A stretch of 64,000 nt of DNA from a virus, in the IMG/VR virus record IMGVR_UViG_3300027365_000010, positions 1 through 64,000 of that record; one strand, given 5' to 3'. Numbering within the stretch: position 1 is the first letter of the stretch; each line of letters opens with the position of its first letter. The notes beneath the pieces were generated by a model. The model searched no databases. It was given only the letters and a program-made list of their open reading frames with translations, and was not told where the DNA came from. A program made the translations under genes and the position numbers. This document shows positions 48,654-57,912 of this stretch, piece by piece.

Positions 48654-49559
48654 ATGAGTTTTGGTAAAATGGACAAGTATGGTGTCCCTATAGACACTGT
48701 TGAAGATAAACGTGCTGGACTTATACAGCCCAAATTCAACAGTAGATTTCGTGTGTTTCTATTAGATTTTGGAACACTTTCTACTACTGCCGCCGTCAAA
48801 GACGATGCAAACGTAGGAAGTGAACGATACGCAATCCAACCTAACTCTATTATAACTGCTATGGCCGAGTCATTCACGCGTCCTGCGCTAAATTTCAATA
48901 CTCAAGAAACAAATAGCTTTATTGGTAGAGCAAAATACTCAGGACGATTGAAGCATGAAAATTTCACTATGATACTACGTGACGATATTACAAACGCGGT
49001 AATATCTCAGATATATGCTCAAGCAAAAAAACAAACATATAAGTTTCATCCTATTACACAGGATAAGAAGAAATCACCGTACATGGGCATAGATACTAAA
49101 TTCAAATGTGTGCTACAAGTAATGGATGGTAGAACTAACCATAAGTCTTTGGAAACATGGACATTTTATGGATGTACAATTGACAGTATCGAAAATACAC
49201 CAAATTCATACGATGATGGGGTTGGTATATCAAAAATAACACTTAACTGTTCCTTTGACTATTTTGATATATCACAAGAACGTCGCATAATCCTTCACCC
49301 TAGTTTCGCATATGAAGATTCATCGAGAGGACAAGGCGCTCCGAATGGCGGGGACCGGGCTCAAGCTGAAGAAGAAGGAGGGTTTTTTGATAATATTTCC
49401 GATACTGCGAGTGGCGTATTGGACTCAGGACAGAACCTATTATCTAACGTCAAAGACCGTGTTTCGGGAGTCTTTACCACAGAAGATGACGTTCGATACA
49501 TAGACCCTAATGATCCAAGTGTAGGTAATTACGACGGTGATTTGTGGCCACCGGCCTAA
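48654..49559 (+). CDS. tail tube-like paralog
   Basis: KYGVP, QPKFNSRFRV, LRDD, ETWTFYGC. Confidence 0.75.
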   Translation: MSFGKMDKYGVPIDTVEDKRAGLIQPKFNSRFRVFLLDFGTLSTTAAVKDDANVGSERYAIQPNSIITAMAESFTRPALNFNTQETNSFIGRAKYSGRLKHENFTMILRDDITNAVISQIYAQAKKQTYKFHPITQDKKKSPYMGIDTKFKCVLQVMDGRTNHKSLETWTFYGCTIDSIENTPNSYDDGVGISKITLNCSFDYFDISQERRIILHPSFAYEDSSRGQGAPNGGDRAQAEEEGGFFDNISDTASGVLDSGQNLLSNVKDRVSGVFTTEDDVRYIDPNDPSVGNYDGDLWPPA

Positions 49560-49573
49560 TTAAGGAGTAGAAG

Positions 49574-50785
49574 ATGTCATTTTTACAAGATGATGGCAAT
49601 CGTGATTTTTTATCACGTGTGAGTGAACGCAGTGGAAATATTTTCGGCGATATCCAAAAAGGAGCAACCGAAACTGCGACTCGTCGTGCAGAAGGTGCGC
49701 GTGAAGAAGCACTAGCTGCGGTAGGTATGGCTGGTGTAGGTGGCATTGTCGATTCTTTCCTTGGTACCGGCGAGCAAATAATTCCACCACAATACAATAG
49801 TGCTGCAAGTGAAGTGCGTGAAGAGAAGCTATTTCTTGATTCTTACGCATATGGTAACAATGAATTCTTCAATTCAGTAGTACAAGATGCTGAATTCAAG
49901 TACAACACTAGTCATCCTATGATGAAGAGTCTTTTCTTGGTTGACTTTGAATTCAACACCGCTATTGTTCCTAACAGCAAGCGTTTAAAATCAAAATACC
50001 CAAGAAGTACTTCGTTCTTACTTAAGAACATGACATTTCCAAGTGCCGAAATCGAGATGGAGGCTGTAAATCAGTACAACCATCATCGTAATGTACCTAA
50101 GAGACTTGTGTACACTCCAATAACTTGTCGTTTTGGTGATATTTACCAAACCTACAAAGACGACGACAGTAAAATAAGTATTTTAGATCTATATAAAGAA
50201 TATATGTCATATTACTTTAACGATTTTGAAGTAGATCAAACAGGTTATCACTTTGGTCATAACAGTGATCGTGACGATAAACAATTTATCAATGCAATTT
50301 CTATTTACTTTTTCTGGGCTGATGGTGCAAAAAAGATACGCGTAGTCAACCCCATGATCAAGTCATTCGTTTATGATGAACTTAGTTACGAGAGTGAAGA
50401 ACAGCTTGCCGCTACATGTAACATAGAATATGAATACATTGATATGTCAAATATCAATATGACCTATGATCAATTCCTGACTGAAGCAGACAATGTATTG
50501 ACGCATTTAACCAACGGTCTGCAAGATACTGAAGTATCTGATGTATATGCCAATTCCAATGAATTGCGTCCAAGTGTAGAGGTTGTTGATAACCAAAGAG
50601 ACCTCGCATTAGACAATCCAGTCGCACAAAGCATGATACGTTTGGCTGAAATTGAGGCTGTAGACGCCGCAGATGGTTTTCTGAATTCAGATAACCCACT
50701 TGAACGTGCTATAGGACAGCAAGGTGTGAATATCGCCACAGGAGCTACAGGCGGTGTTGGCGGATTCTTAGGAGGACTATTCTAA
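49574..50785 (+). CDS. tail-tube-fold baseplate / tube-initiator-like protein
   Basis: FLVDF, NQYNHHR, YTPITCRFGD, NPMIKSF.YDELSY, IEYE. Confidence 0.6.
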   Translation: MSFLQDDGNRDFLSRVSERSGNIFGDIQKGATETATRRAEGAREEALAAVGMAGVGGIVDSFLGTGEQIIPPQYNSAASEVREEKLFLDSYAYGNNEFFNSVVQDAEFKYNTSHPMMKSLFLVDFEFNTAIVPNSKRLKSKYPRSTSFLLKNMTFPSAEIEMEAVNQYNHHRNVPKRLVYTPITCRFGDIYQTYKDDDSKISILDLYKEYMSYYFNDFEVDQTGYHFGHNSDRDDKQFINAISIYFFWADGAKKIRVVNPMIKSFVYDELSYESEEQLAATCNIEYEYIDMSNINMTYDQFLTEADNVLTHLTNGLQDTEVSDVYANSNELRPSVEVVDNQRDLALDNPVAQSMIRLAEIEAVDAADGFLNSDNPLERAIGQQGVNIATGATGGVGGFLGGLF

Positions 50786-51063
50786 TGGAAAACAAACAAT
50801 ATTTTGATCAAATAAAAGGTATCCTTTTGAAAGAGGGATACAACTCTTATGATATTGATAGCCGTGTTTCTGCTGTAATAAATTACTGTAATCGTAATAA
50901 CATAAATGCGATAGCATTTTTAGAAAATGGTATTGATGGTAAAGAAATAACTAAAGAGATGGTTGATATACTAAATACATATCGCCCAAACACTTCTTTT
51001 GTTACTAAACGTAGACACCAAGTTATACCAAATAAGTTTATTAGGAGATCGATAATTGGATAA
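50785..51063 (+). CDS. hypothetical protein in structural operon
   Basis: TAATG coupling to the upstream gene. Confidence 0.7.
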   Translation: MENKQYFDQIKGILLKEGYNSYDIDSRVSAVINYCNRNNINAIAFLENGIDGKEITKEMVDILNTYRPNTSFVTKRRHQVIPNKFIRRSIIG

Positions 51064-51538
51064 GCGCTGGCATCAGGGTCGATTTTACCCAAAAAACCGC
51101 GAAAAATACATTGGTGATAATATTAACAAAATCACATATCGTTCAAGTTGGGAGCTGAAGATGTGTGAAATGTGCGATGAGCATCCCAATATTGTTTTCT
51201 GGGCATCTGAGTCATTATCTATTAAATATAGACATCCTTTTACCAAAAAAATCTCAAACTATGTTCCCGATTTCTTTGTAATATATACTGATGTACGTGG
51301 ACGAAAGTACTCAGAACTAGTTGAAATTAAACCTATGGAGCAAGCAAATCCTAAGTACGCCAAAAGTAAAAAAGACAAGGAAGCGTTTGTTATAAATCAA
51401 GCCAAATGGGAAGCTGCTAAAATATTTTGTAAAAAAAGAGGAATACGGTTCAGAATTGTAACTGAAGCTGAGATATATCGTAATACTAAATATAGTAAAG
51501 GTATTAAGAAGAATCGACCTAAAACAAGACGAAGATAG
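51056..51538 (+). CDS. gp4: head completion nuclease (T4 gp4-like)
   Basis: KYIG...YRSSWE, WASE, YVPDF, EIKP, NQAKWEAA. Confidence 0.9.
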   Translation: MDKRWHQGRFYPKNREKYIGDNINKITYRSSWELKMCEMCDEHPNIVFWASESLSIKYRHPFTKKISNYVPDFFVIYTDVRGRKYSELVEIKPMEQANPKYAKSKKDKEAFVINQAKWEAAKIFCKKRGIRFRIVTEAEIYRNTKYSKGIKKNRPKTRRR

Positions 51539-51545
51539 GTGTACA

Positions 51546-52169
51546 ATGTCAAATAAAACTCCGTTGGAAGAAACCTTTAATCTTCCTTCTATCGAAGATA
51601 TTAATAAAGAATTCAGTAATGAAAATATTGAAAACTCAAAAGACGATGATACTGATGAATTAGACGATATGAAGGATTATCTGGCTGAGCTTGAAGATTC
51701 TGATTGGGATGAAAATGAAATGGAAAATCCCGAAGATCTAAAAAAGCAAATAGCTGAAACACAAAAAAAGTTAAACGAACTTGAAGAACAGAAGCGTCAG
51801 CTAAAAAGTTTGAGAAAATACCATAGTGACGTTGATAATATTCACACCACTGCTATGAATAAGTTTGATGAAATTATGACAGTGGCGATGACTATGGAAG
51901 CCAATGCTGGTTCAAAATATTTAGCAAGTGCTACTAAGCTACTAGACATTGCCCTCAATGCTAAGAACTCTGCAATGGATCGTGAAATTGAAATGGCCAA
52001 GTTGCAGCTTAGAAAAGAAAAGCAAGACCATGATATGAATAAACCTAAAACAAAGGATGTTTATTATGAAGACGGCGATACGCCACCACAGGAAGGTTCC
52101 GAGGGGGCAGGTGAAGAATTTGATCGGAATCAACTATTAGGGGATTTCGAAAAGCCTACGAAAAAATAG
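51546..52169 (+). CDS. putative terminase small subunit
   Basis: LEETFNL N-terminus, helical core, DRNQLL C-terminus, position after gp4; inference. Confidence 0.45.
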   Translation: MSNKTPLEETFNLPSIEDINKEFSNENIENSKDDDTDELDDMKDYLAELEDSDWDENEMENPEDLKKQIAETQKKLNELEEQKRQLKSLRKYHSDVDNIHTTAMNKFDEIMTVAMTMEANAGSKYLASATKLLDIALNAKNSAMDREIEMAKLQLRKEKQDHDMNKPKTKDVYYEDGDTPPQEGSEGAGEEFDRNQLLGDFEKPTKK

Positions 52170-52190
52170 GACTCAGTGAGTCCTATTTTT
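52162..52190. terminator. bidirectional rho-independent terminator
   Basis: AAAAATAGGACTC-AGT-GAGTCCTATTTTT. Confidence 0.9.
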
Positions 52191-52192
52191 GT

Positions 52193-52735
52193 TTAAATAA
52201 CAATAGTAGTACATGCACTTCCGACAGTAGGACAGAATGTTGAAACGGTTTCCATCGCTTTATGAATCAATGGTATTACCTCGTCGGTTGTCATATTTCG
52301 TATATCTCGATCTTTTAAGTAAGTGTGCATGGCACCTAGTGCATACTCATAACCACTACCAACCGCGTTAATCCCATTAACAGAACGAAGAATGGAAAAG
52401 TCTGATTGCAACTCCCATAGCTGACCTTGTACGCCAATCAGGCAATTACCGCCACCATTCAACTTACCTTTTTCCAGCTCATTTTGGCAGTGTGGTACAA
52501 ACTCTTTGACCAACCATGGATAAATTTGAGATTGTGTTGTTGGGACAAAATCTTTGGTCATAGAATGCTCAATAATTTGCCCAAAGCGATAACTTGAGGT
52601 ATATCCAAATCCCATGTCTCCATTTTTAAATACTTTTGGTTGTGTATGAACAATCTTATTATTTCGTCCAGAACCTTGGATGTCACCACCAATAACAACT
52701 TTATCTCCCACTTCAACACCAATAATACACGTCAT
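52193..52735 (-). CDS. proteasome-beta/HslV-like Ntn peptidase
   Basis: MTCIIG...GGD...PKVF...AVGSGYEYALGA. Confidence 0.8.
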   Translation of the reverse strand: MTCIIGVEVGDKVVIGGDIQGSGRNNKIVHTQPKVFKNGDMGFGYTSSYRFGQIIEHSMTKDFVPTTQSQIYPWLVKEFVPHCQNELEKGKLNGGGNCLIGVQGQLWELQSDFSILRSVNGINAVGSGYEYALGAMHTYLKDRDIRNMTTDEVIPLIHKAMETVSTFCPTVGSACTTIVI

Positions 52736-52740
52736 ATTTT

Positions 52741-53064
52741 TTACTCCTGTTTAAAATTTTCTATATTTGTTTTACCCCGTATCAATCTATCTTCTGTTAC
52801 AAAGTCAACGATGGTGTTTTTCACCTCATAAACAATAACAGTTTGACCAACTGGGATAGTATAGAGCTTGTCGTTGTCTTCATTTAATACGACAAACTCT
52901 TTTGTTACAATTAATTCTTCACGCAACTTCAAACTATCTTCGACCATACCTAAGCGGGTATCTATAGCTGACATGAAACGTCGAATTCGTCTCACTACCA
53001 ATATCACTGTGGATGTTATGGTTATCAAAGCTGCAATTATTCCCACAATAGCTATCAAATCCAT
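52741..53064 (-). CDS. membrane-anchored hypothetical protein
   Basis: N-terminal TM helix followed by RRIRR. Confidence 0.65.
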   Translation of the reverse strand: MDLIAIVGIIAALITITSTVILVVRRIRRFMSAIDTRLGMVEDSLKLREELIVTKEFVVLNEDNDKLYTIPVGQTVIVYEVKNTIVDFVTEDRLIRGKTNIENFKQE

Positions 53065-53073
53065 GATGGTTCC

Positions 53074-54432
53074 TTATAGAATGATTTCCAAGCTTCGAAC
53101 AGAAGCTTCTTTTTGCTCTTTAACCCTTTCAAAACTATCAGCTTCATTCTTGTCTTTACGAATTTCTATAAAACGTGGGTTACTTAATGTGAAATATTCG
53201 TTCTCATCACTCTTGGATATATCACATGCCTTCACAGTTACAATTTTACCAACTATCTTAGATGGGTCTTTGTAAAATGCTTCGCGTTCAGAATCCTTAA
53301 AGCCGCCGCCAACATCTGTAACTAATAGTCCATCAGATGTTTTTGCAGTTATACGTCCTAGCATGTTTTCATATTTCTTACCTTTATCGCCTTCTAGAAC
53401 ATCGGTGACTACTAGATCTACTTCAAAGACAAGCTTTATTTTCACTTGATCAGTGCTAGTACCATCCTTCCAAACGCTGTCCTTGTTTTTAACCACACTT
53501 CCTTCGAGACCTTTACTAACATTCGATTTGAAATGCTCAACGATCTCGTCCACGGTTTCTACTTCGCGGGTATCAACGATACGGAACGAATAATTAAGGT
53601 TCGGAACTACTTTACACAACTTCTTATAGGTCTCAGAGTACGGCTGTGATGACTTACCTGCGGTCCATTCATCGATGGGTATCATATCCCATAAACTAAA
53701 TACGATGCGCGTAGGATCGACCTCATCACCGTTGAGATACCCGTTACCAGATTGCCTATCCATGATTTCACCATTTTCATCCTTAACTAGGGCTTCACCC
53801 ATAAGAACATGGCCATCGGCATTATGTTTTAATAAATTCTCATTTTCGTGATTATGCCAAGCAAAATATCCACCACTACGAGATCTGTATTCTACGACAC
53901 CATCATTCACAACAATATCAACATACATTCCATCTTCTTTAAGTTGAGAAATAGCAGGTAACTTAATCTTCTTCAGGTTTTTCTCAGTAAATGATGAACA
54001 ACGCCTATATGGATGTACGTATATAAGATCGTCCCAGATTTTATTAATAGTTTTATCGCTTACTCCACAACGCAGTGTACGATCAATCACACACTGCAAC
54101 ACATTTTGGTCTTCAGGGAGAAGTTTTCCAGAAATATCAAATAAAAGGTCTTTTGCTGCATTACCACGAATACCTTCATTCAAAAGCTTTTCTTCTAAAA
54201 TATCCAGAGCTTCGTTTAAACCAATGATCGTTCTATCATCTTCCTGTTCCATAAGCTCTTTCTTGTCATATTCAACAATATTAAAAACATGTCTTGGATC
54301 TAATGCTAAAAACGCAACCCGTTTGAAAATATCATTTAGATCTGACGCTTTTATTTCTTCCAATATTGCTTCTTTTTCTTTACGTTTTGTCGTTGAGCCT
54401 AGAGCCTGTAATGCTTCATTTACATTTTTCAT
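53074..54432 (-). CDS. lig: ATP-dependent DNA ligase (T4 gp30-like)
   Basis: QLKEDG (KxDG), MGE, EGSVVK, VKIK, VGGGF, PRFIEIRKDK. Confidence 0.93.
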   Translation of the reverse strand: MKNVNEALQALGSTTKRKEKEAILEEIKASDLNDIFKRVAFLALDPRHVFNIVEYDKKELMEQEDDRTIIGLNEALDILEEKLLNEGIRGNAAKDLLFDISGKLLPEDQNVLQCVIDRTLRCGVSDKTINKIWDDLIYVHPYRRCSSFTEKNLKKIKLPAISQLKEDGMYVDIVVNDGVVEYRSRSGGYFAWHNHENENLLKHNADGHVLMGEALVKDENGEIMDRQSGNGYLNGDEVDPTRIVFSLWDMIPIDEWTAGKSSQPYSETYKKLCKVVPNLNYSFRIVDTREVETVDEIVEHFKSNVSKGLEGSVVKNKDSVWKDGTSTDQVKIKLVFEVDLVVTDVLEGDKGKKYENMLGRITAKTSDGLLVTDVGGGFKDSEREAFYKDPSKIVGKIVTVKACDISKSDENEYFTLSNPRFIEIRKDKNEADSFERVKEQKEASVRSLEIIL

Positions 54433-54436
54433 TTAT

Positions 54437-54700
54437 TCACCAATTCATTTTATCTTCAGTAATATTAAATATTTCCACAATTCCAGCATTAGTCACATAG
54501 CTGACAATGAATCTTTTCATCTCCACTGTCCCATCTGGTTTTTTATCGCTTATGATATGAGCCTTTTTAAGCGCTCTTGTAGGGGAATAATGTTTTTCGA
54601 AATCATATACAATGTTCTCACCTTTGAATATTAACTCGGATATAGCATCCTTAAGAAAGTCAGGTACATTCTCTTCACATTCGGGTTTAATCATGATCAT
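54437..54700 (-). CDS. hypothetical protein
   Basis: AAGGA SD near 54700. Confidence 0.55.
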   Translation of the reverse strand: MIMIKPECEENVPDFLKDAISELIFKGENIVYDFEKHYSPTRALKKAHIISDKKPDGTVEMKRFIVSYVTNAGIVEIFNITEDKMNW

Positions 54701-55190
54701 TCCTTTTGTCATCCTGTTCATTAAATATATCAAGGGGTGGAATTGAGCCAATTTCATTATTCGCGCTATCAGATAGTGATTCTTTCAAAGCATTAAAAAC
54801 CACACCGTCACCACGTTGTAACAACTCTTTATGTTCCTTGCGTATTTCAGCGAATGAAATATTTCCATCTTGATTCTTTGTGATTGGATAATCTTGGAGC
54901 AACTGCTTCTGTATATCAGTAACTTCAGTCAATGATTCATCAGGGTTTTCACTTTCAATAAGCGTTTTATGCATATCACTGTTAAGTCCGGTATCATACC
55001 AAGCCTCACAATACTCACCACGTTTACACGTGCCATTTTTACCCACACCATATATTGGTGTGTCCTTACATGGCGATACTACTACATCAGAATCGGTCTC
55101 GTATTCTGATTCATCGATAGGTCGGATAACCTTACCTTCAGAAATGATATACTTACCATCACTGTCTTCTCGTACTTTAGCCATAACCAT
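54687..55190 (-). CDS. hypothetical protein
   Basis: GAGG SD; TTGACA promoter upstream. Confidence 0.7.
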   Translation of the reverse strand: MVMAKVREDSDGKYIISEGKVIRPIDESEYETDSDVVVSPCKDTPIYGVGKNGTCKRGEYCEAWYDTGLNSDMHKTLIESENPDESLTEVTDIQKQLLQDYPITKNQDGNISFAEIRKEHKELLQRGDGVVFNALKESLSDSANNEIGSIPPLDIFNEQDDKRNDHD

Positions 55191-55429
55191 AACCTCATTT
55201 CTTAAGTCGATATTACAACCAAACAGTTATCTGTCAAGTATCTATTCACTATTTCTTAGAAAGGGTTTTTCTATACTTCCCAGTAACAACACTATGGTGG
55301 AACTTGCCCTTACGATTATCTCTATTCAACGACTTAATATTGTTTGTGTGATAGATAAACTTGACAATCATCATTAAAATAATTATCATAAAAATAAATA
55401 CCATATTAAACTCCATAAAGGTAATTAGC

Positions 55430-55585
55430 ATGATTGTATGCATTTGTCAAAATGTAAATGATAAGACAGTAGAACAATACAAACAGGAAGGAAAAACATT
55501 AAAAGATTTAGCGTCTGACTACAACATCTGTAGCGGTTGTAGAAAGTGTCTTAGTCATTTTAAAGAAACTTTTTCCAAAGACTGA
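55430..55585 (+). CDS. bfd: Bfd-like [2Fe-2S] bacterioferritin-associated ferredoxin
   Basis: MIVCICQNVNDK...CSGCRKC (CxC...CxxC); AAGGT SD. Confidence 0.8.
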   Translation: MIVCICQNVNDKTVEQYKQEGKTLKDLASDYNICSGCRKCLSHFKETFSKD

Positions 55586-55588
55586 CCA

Positions 55589-55798
55589 TCACGTTCTTTT
55601 CAAGAACATATACGTTTCCATATTTTTTTCATGGAAATAAAACACCACTGTATTAGCCATAGGCTCTACTAATGCAATACCACCTGCCAATGCTAATGAT
55701 CCCGTAAATAAGTACGCGATACTAAAACCAACCATAAAATGTATTACACAAAATGTTAACGTTTTTAACACACTTTCATACTTAATAACCATAACCAT
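55589..55798 (-). CDS. DUF2061 family membrane protein (C-terminus probably frameshifted in an A7 run)
   Basis: KTLTF...HF...AYLFTGS...IALVEP...FHEK. Confidence 0.75.
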   Translation of the reverse strand: MVMVIKYESVLKTLTFCVIHFMVGFSIAYLFTGSLALAGGIALVEPMANTVVFYFHEKNMETYMFLKRT

Positions 55799-55865
55799 AA
55801 TCATCTCCCACTTTAGTATTTATTATAGTGAAACATAATTATAAGCAATAATCTAATAGTTATTA

Positions 55866-56111
55866 TCAATCAGCTTTATGTGTTTTGTTAACTAAGTGAT
55901 AACCGTTGATCCCAAAAAGAATGATATTAACTACTAGAATAGAAATAAATCCCATGACACTACCGGCATTCAACGTAAGCAATATACCGTATAAAACGAA
56001 TACAAAAGAGCCTATCATGTTTATCATTCGCACAGTCCGTATATTCCTAAAACAAAAACTAAGAACCACAAAAAAGGTAGCGATTATTCCAACTAATTCA
56101 ATAAAAAGCAT
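55866..56111 (-). CDS. YgjV-like small inner-membrane protein
   Basis: G.IAT...LSF.......R.IN.IGS..F..YG. Confidence 0.6.
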   Translation of the reverse strand: MLFIELVGIIATFFVVLSFCFRNIRTVRMINMIGSFVFVLYGILLTLNAGSVMGFISILVVNIILFGINGYHLVNKTHKAD

Positions 56112-56154
56112 ACTATACCTCCTGTGTATAGTATGCCATATTTTCTAACCATGT

Positions 56155-57912
56155 CTACCAGCTTTTTAATACTCTATGAAGGCTTTGGATAACATCTATG
56201 TATTTTTTCTTGAAATACCGCTCAAACAACTCCATAGAATCTTGATTAGGATTGCCTTCATCAAACTCTTCAAAGAATTCGCTCAAATCAATTCTTTTAG
56301 AAATTGCCTTAAGTGAACTATATAGATATGACATAGTAAAACCATACTTTTCTTTCACTACGCTATTGGCCATCTTGGACAACTTCTTGTAGTACTCTTT
56401 GTTGTACTCATCAGTATATGCAAAGTTTAGTAAATATAATGCCCTGAATAGATGCGTACCTATTTCACCATATCGCTCATGGTAATTCTCACCACCAAAG
56501 AATCGCAGTTCAATACGCCCACCAAGTATATCATAATCTTTGAAGTTAATAGTTTGAAATTTTTCTTTATTATTCGTATTCGAGATATACTGTTCTAAGT
56601 TCTTAACGACATCCACTAAGCTATCATTTTCTAAAACACTAGTTAGAATGTACTTATCGATTACCTTTTCTATTTCATATATTACAATTTCTTGCAAATC
56701 CAGTACATGACTTCTCTCAGGAAAAAATTCACTTATATAATCTATGTCCATAATAGTAATAAACTTCGCTATGTTAAAGTCATCATGATCATGAATACGT
56801 GACGATATAGATATATGCATACCAGCATAGCTTTCAACTCGGTGATTCTGCAAATACTTAAACATGGTCTCGATATTAAGCAATGCCTCATCAACATCCA
56901 TTTTCTCTGTAATCACTTCTATCATTTCGTCGTGTTCATCAACAATCTTATCGATATGAGGAATCTGATCTCTAATTTCATCTTCGTTCACTTCATAGTT
57001 CTGTATAATATCTTCTAAATTTTCTCTCGCAGTGTCCACGAGATGCCTAGTTATACCCAAAACATCATGATAATTCTCCACATACGATATATAATCAGGA
57101 AGCGTAAAATCACCATAACTGAAACCATCTGGCTCTACGGTATAAGAAAGATGTTCTATATCAAGTTCAGTTGTGATCAATGAAGAATTAGACAACATCT
57201 CAATTGCATCTGATACATCCACAATTTCATCTTTATCAATGGAATCTAAATATTCATCATTAGTTATTTCCGTAATGTTGAAAAATCGTTCATCAAATAA
57301 GGTATTGGACTGATAAAAGTTATAGAAATCTTTCATCATCTCACTATTGGCTCCGAAAAGATCACCATCAAAATATACATCTAATACAGTACATATATCA
57401 TACATCTCTCTAAGATTAATTTCATGGTTGTATACAATATCTTTTATGCTGTAAAGCTCTACTTCCCCTTCATCATTTACTGAGTCTTTCAAAACATCCC
57501 TATAAAGAATAACATAAGATGCTTTCTTATCATCGGGGAATAAATCTTGCGTCTCAGTATCAGAAGATTGAAACTCTCTTATTTTTTTAACTAATCGTGT
57601 TGTTAATGTAAGAAAGTCCATTACCTTTGACGGTACTGAACTATCCATGTCATGGACACTTTCAACATAATCAGCAATATATTCGGAATATTCAGGTTCT
57701 AGAAACATATCGTGGTTATCATAGAGTTTGTCTAAATCATGAAGTATTTCATCATCAGCCTGTGATATATCAATGACATCATCGAAGTTAACCTCTTCGC
57801 CTTCATAATTAAACTCATATTCGATACCAACAAAATATTCATCAGCATGATCTAAAATAAACTGTTTTTCTTTATTACCAAACTTAATCCCCTCAAATAA
57901 CTCTTTACTCAT
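56155..57912 (-). CDS. putative amidoligase with acidic insertion and LFE leader
   Basis: MSKELFE; VGIEYEF, EVIT, GMHISIS, RIELRFFGG. Confidence 0.7.
   Translation of the reverse strand: MSKELFEGIKFGNKEKQFILDHADEYFVGIEYEFNYEGEEVNFDDVIDISQADDEILHDLDKLYDNHDMFLEPEYSEYIADYVESVHDMDSSVPSKVMDFLTLTTRLVKKIREFQSSDTETQDLFPDDKKASYVILYRDVLKDSVNDEGEVELYSIKDIVYNHEINLREMYDICTVLDVYFDGDLFGANSEMMKDFYNFYQSNTLFDERFFNITEITNDEYLDSIDKDEIVDVSDAIEMLSNSSLITTELDIEHLSYTVEPDGFSYGDFTLPDYISYVENYHDVLGITRHLVDTARENLEDIIQNYEVNEDEIRDQIPHIDKIVDEHDEMIEVITEKMDVDEALLNIETMFKYLQNHRVESYAGMHISISSRIHDHDDFNIAKFITIMDIDYISEFFPERSHVLDLQEIVIYEIEKVIDKYILTSVLENDSLVDVVKNLEQYISNTNNKEKFQTINFKDYDILGGRIELRFFGGENYHERYGEIGTHLFRALYLLNFAYTDEYNKEYYKKLSKMANSVVKEKYGFTMSYLYSSLKAISKRIDLSEFFEEFDEGNPNQDSMELFERYFKKKYIDVIQSLHRVLKSW

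Noticed and set aside
55249-55443. 64-aa hydrophobic ORF on the minus strand
   Set aside because: Low-complexity AT-rich translation overlapping the bfd start and promoter region; a shorter real gene cannot be excluded.
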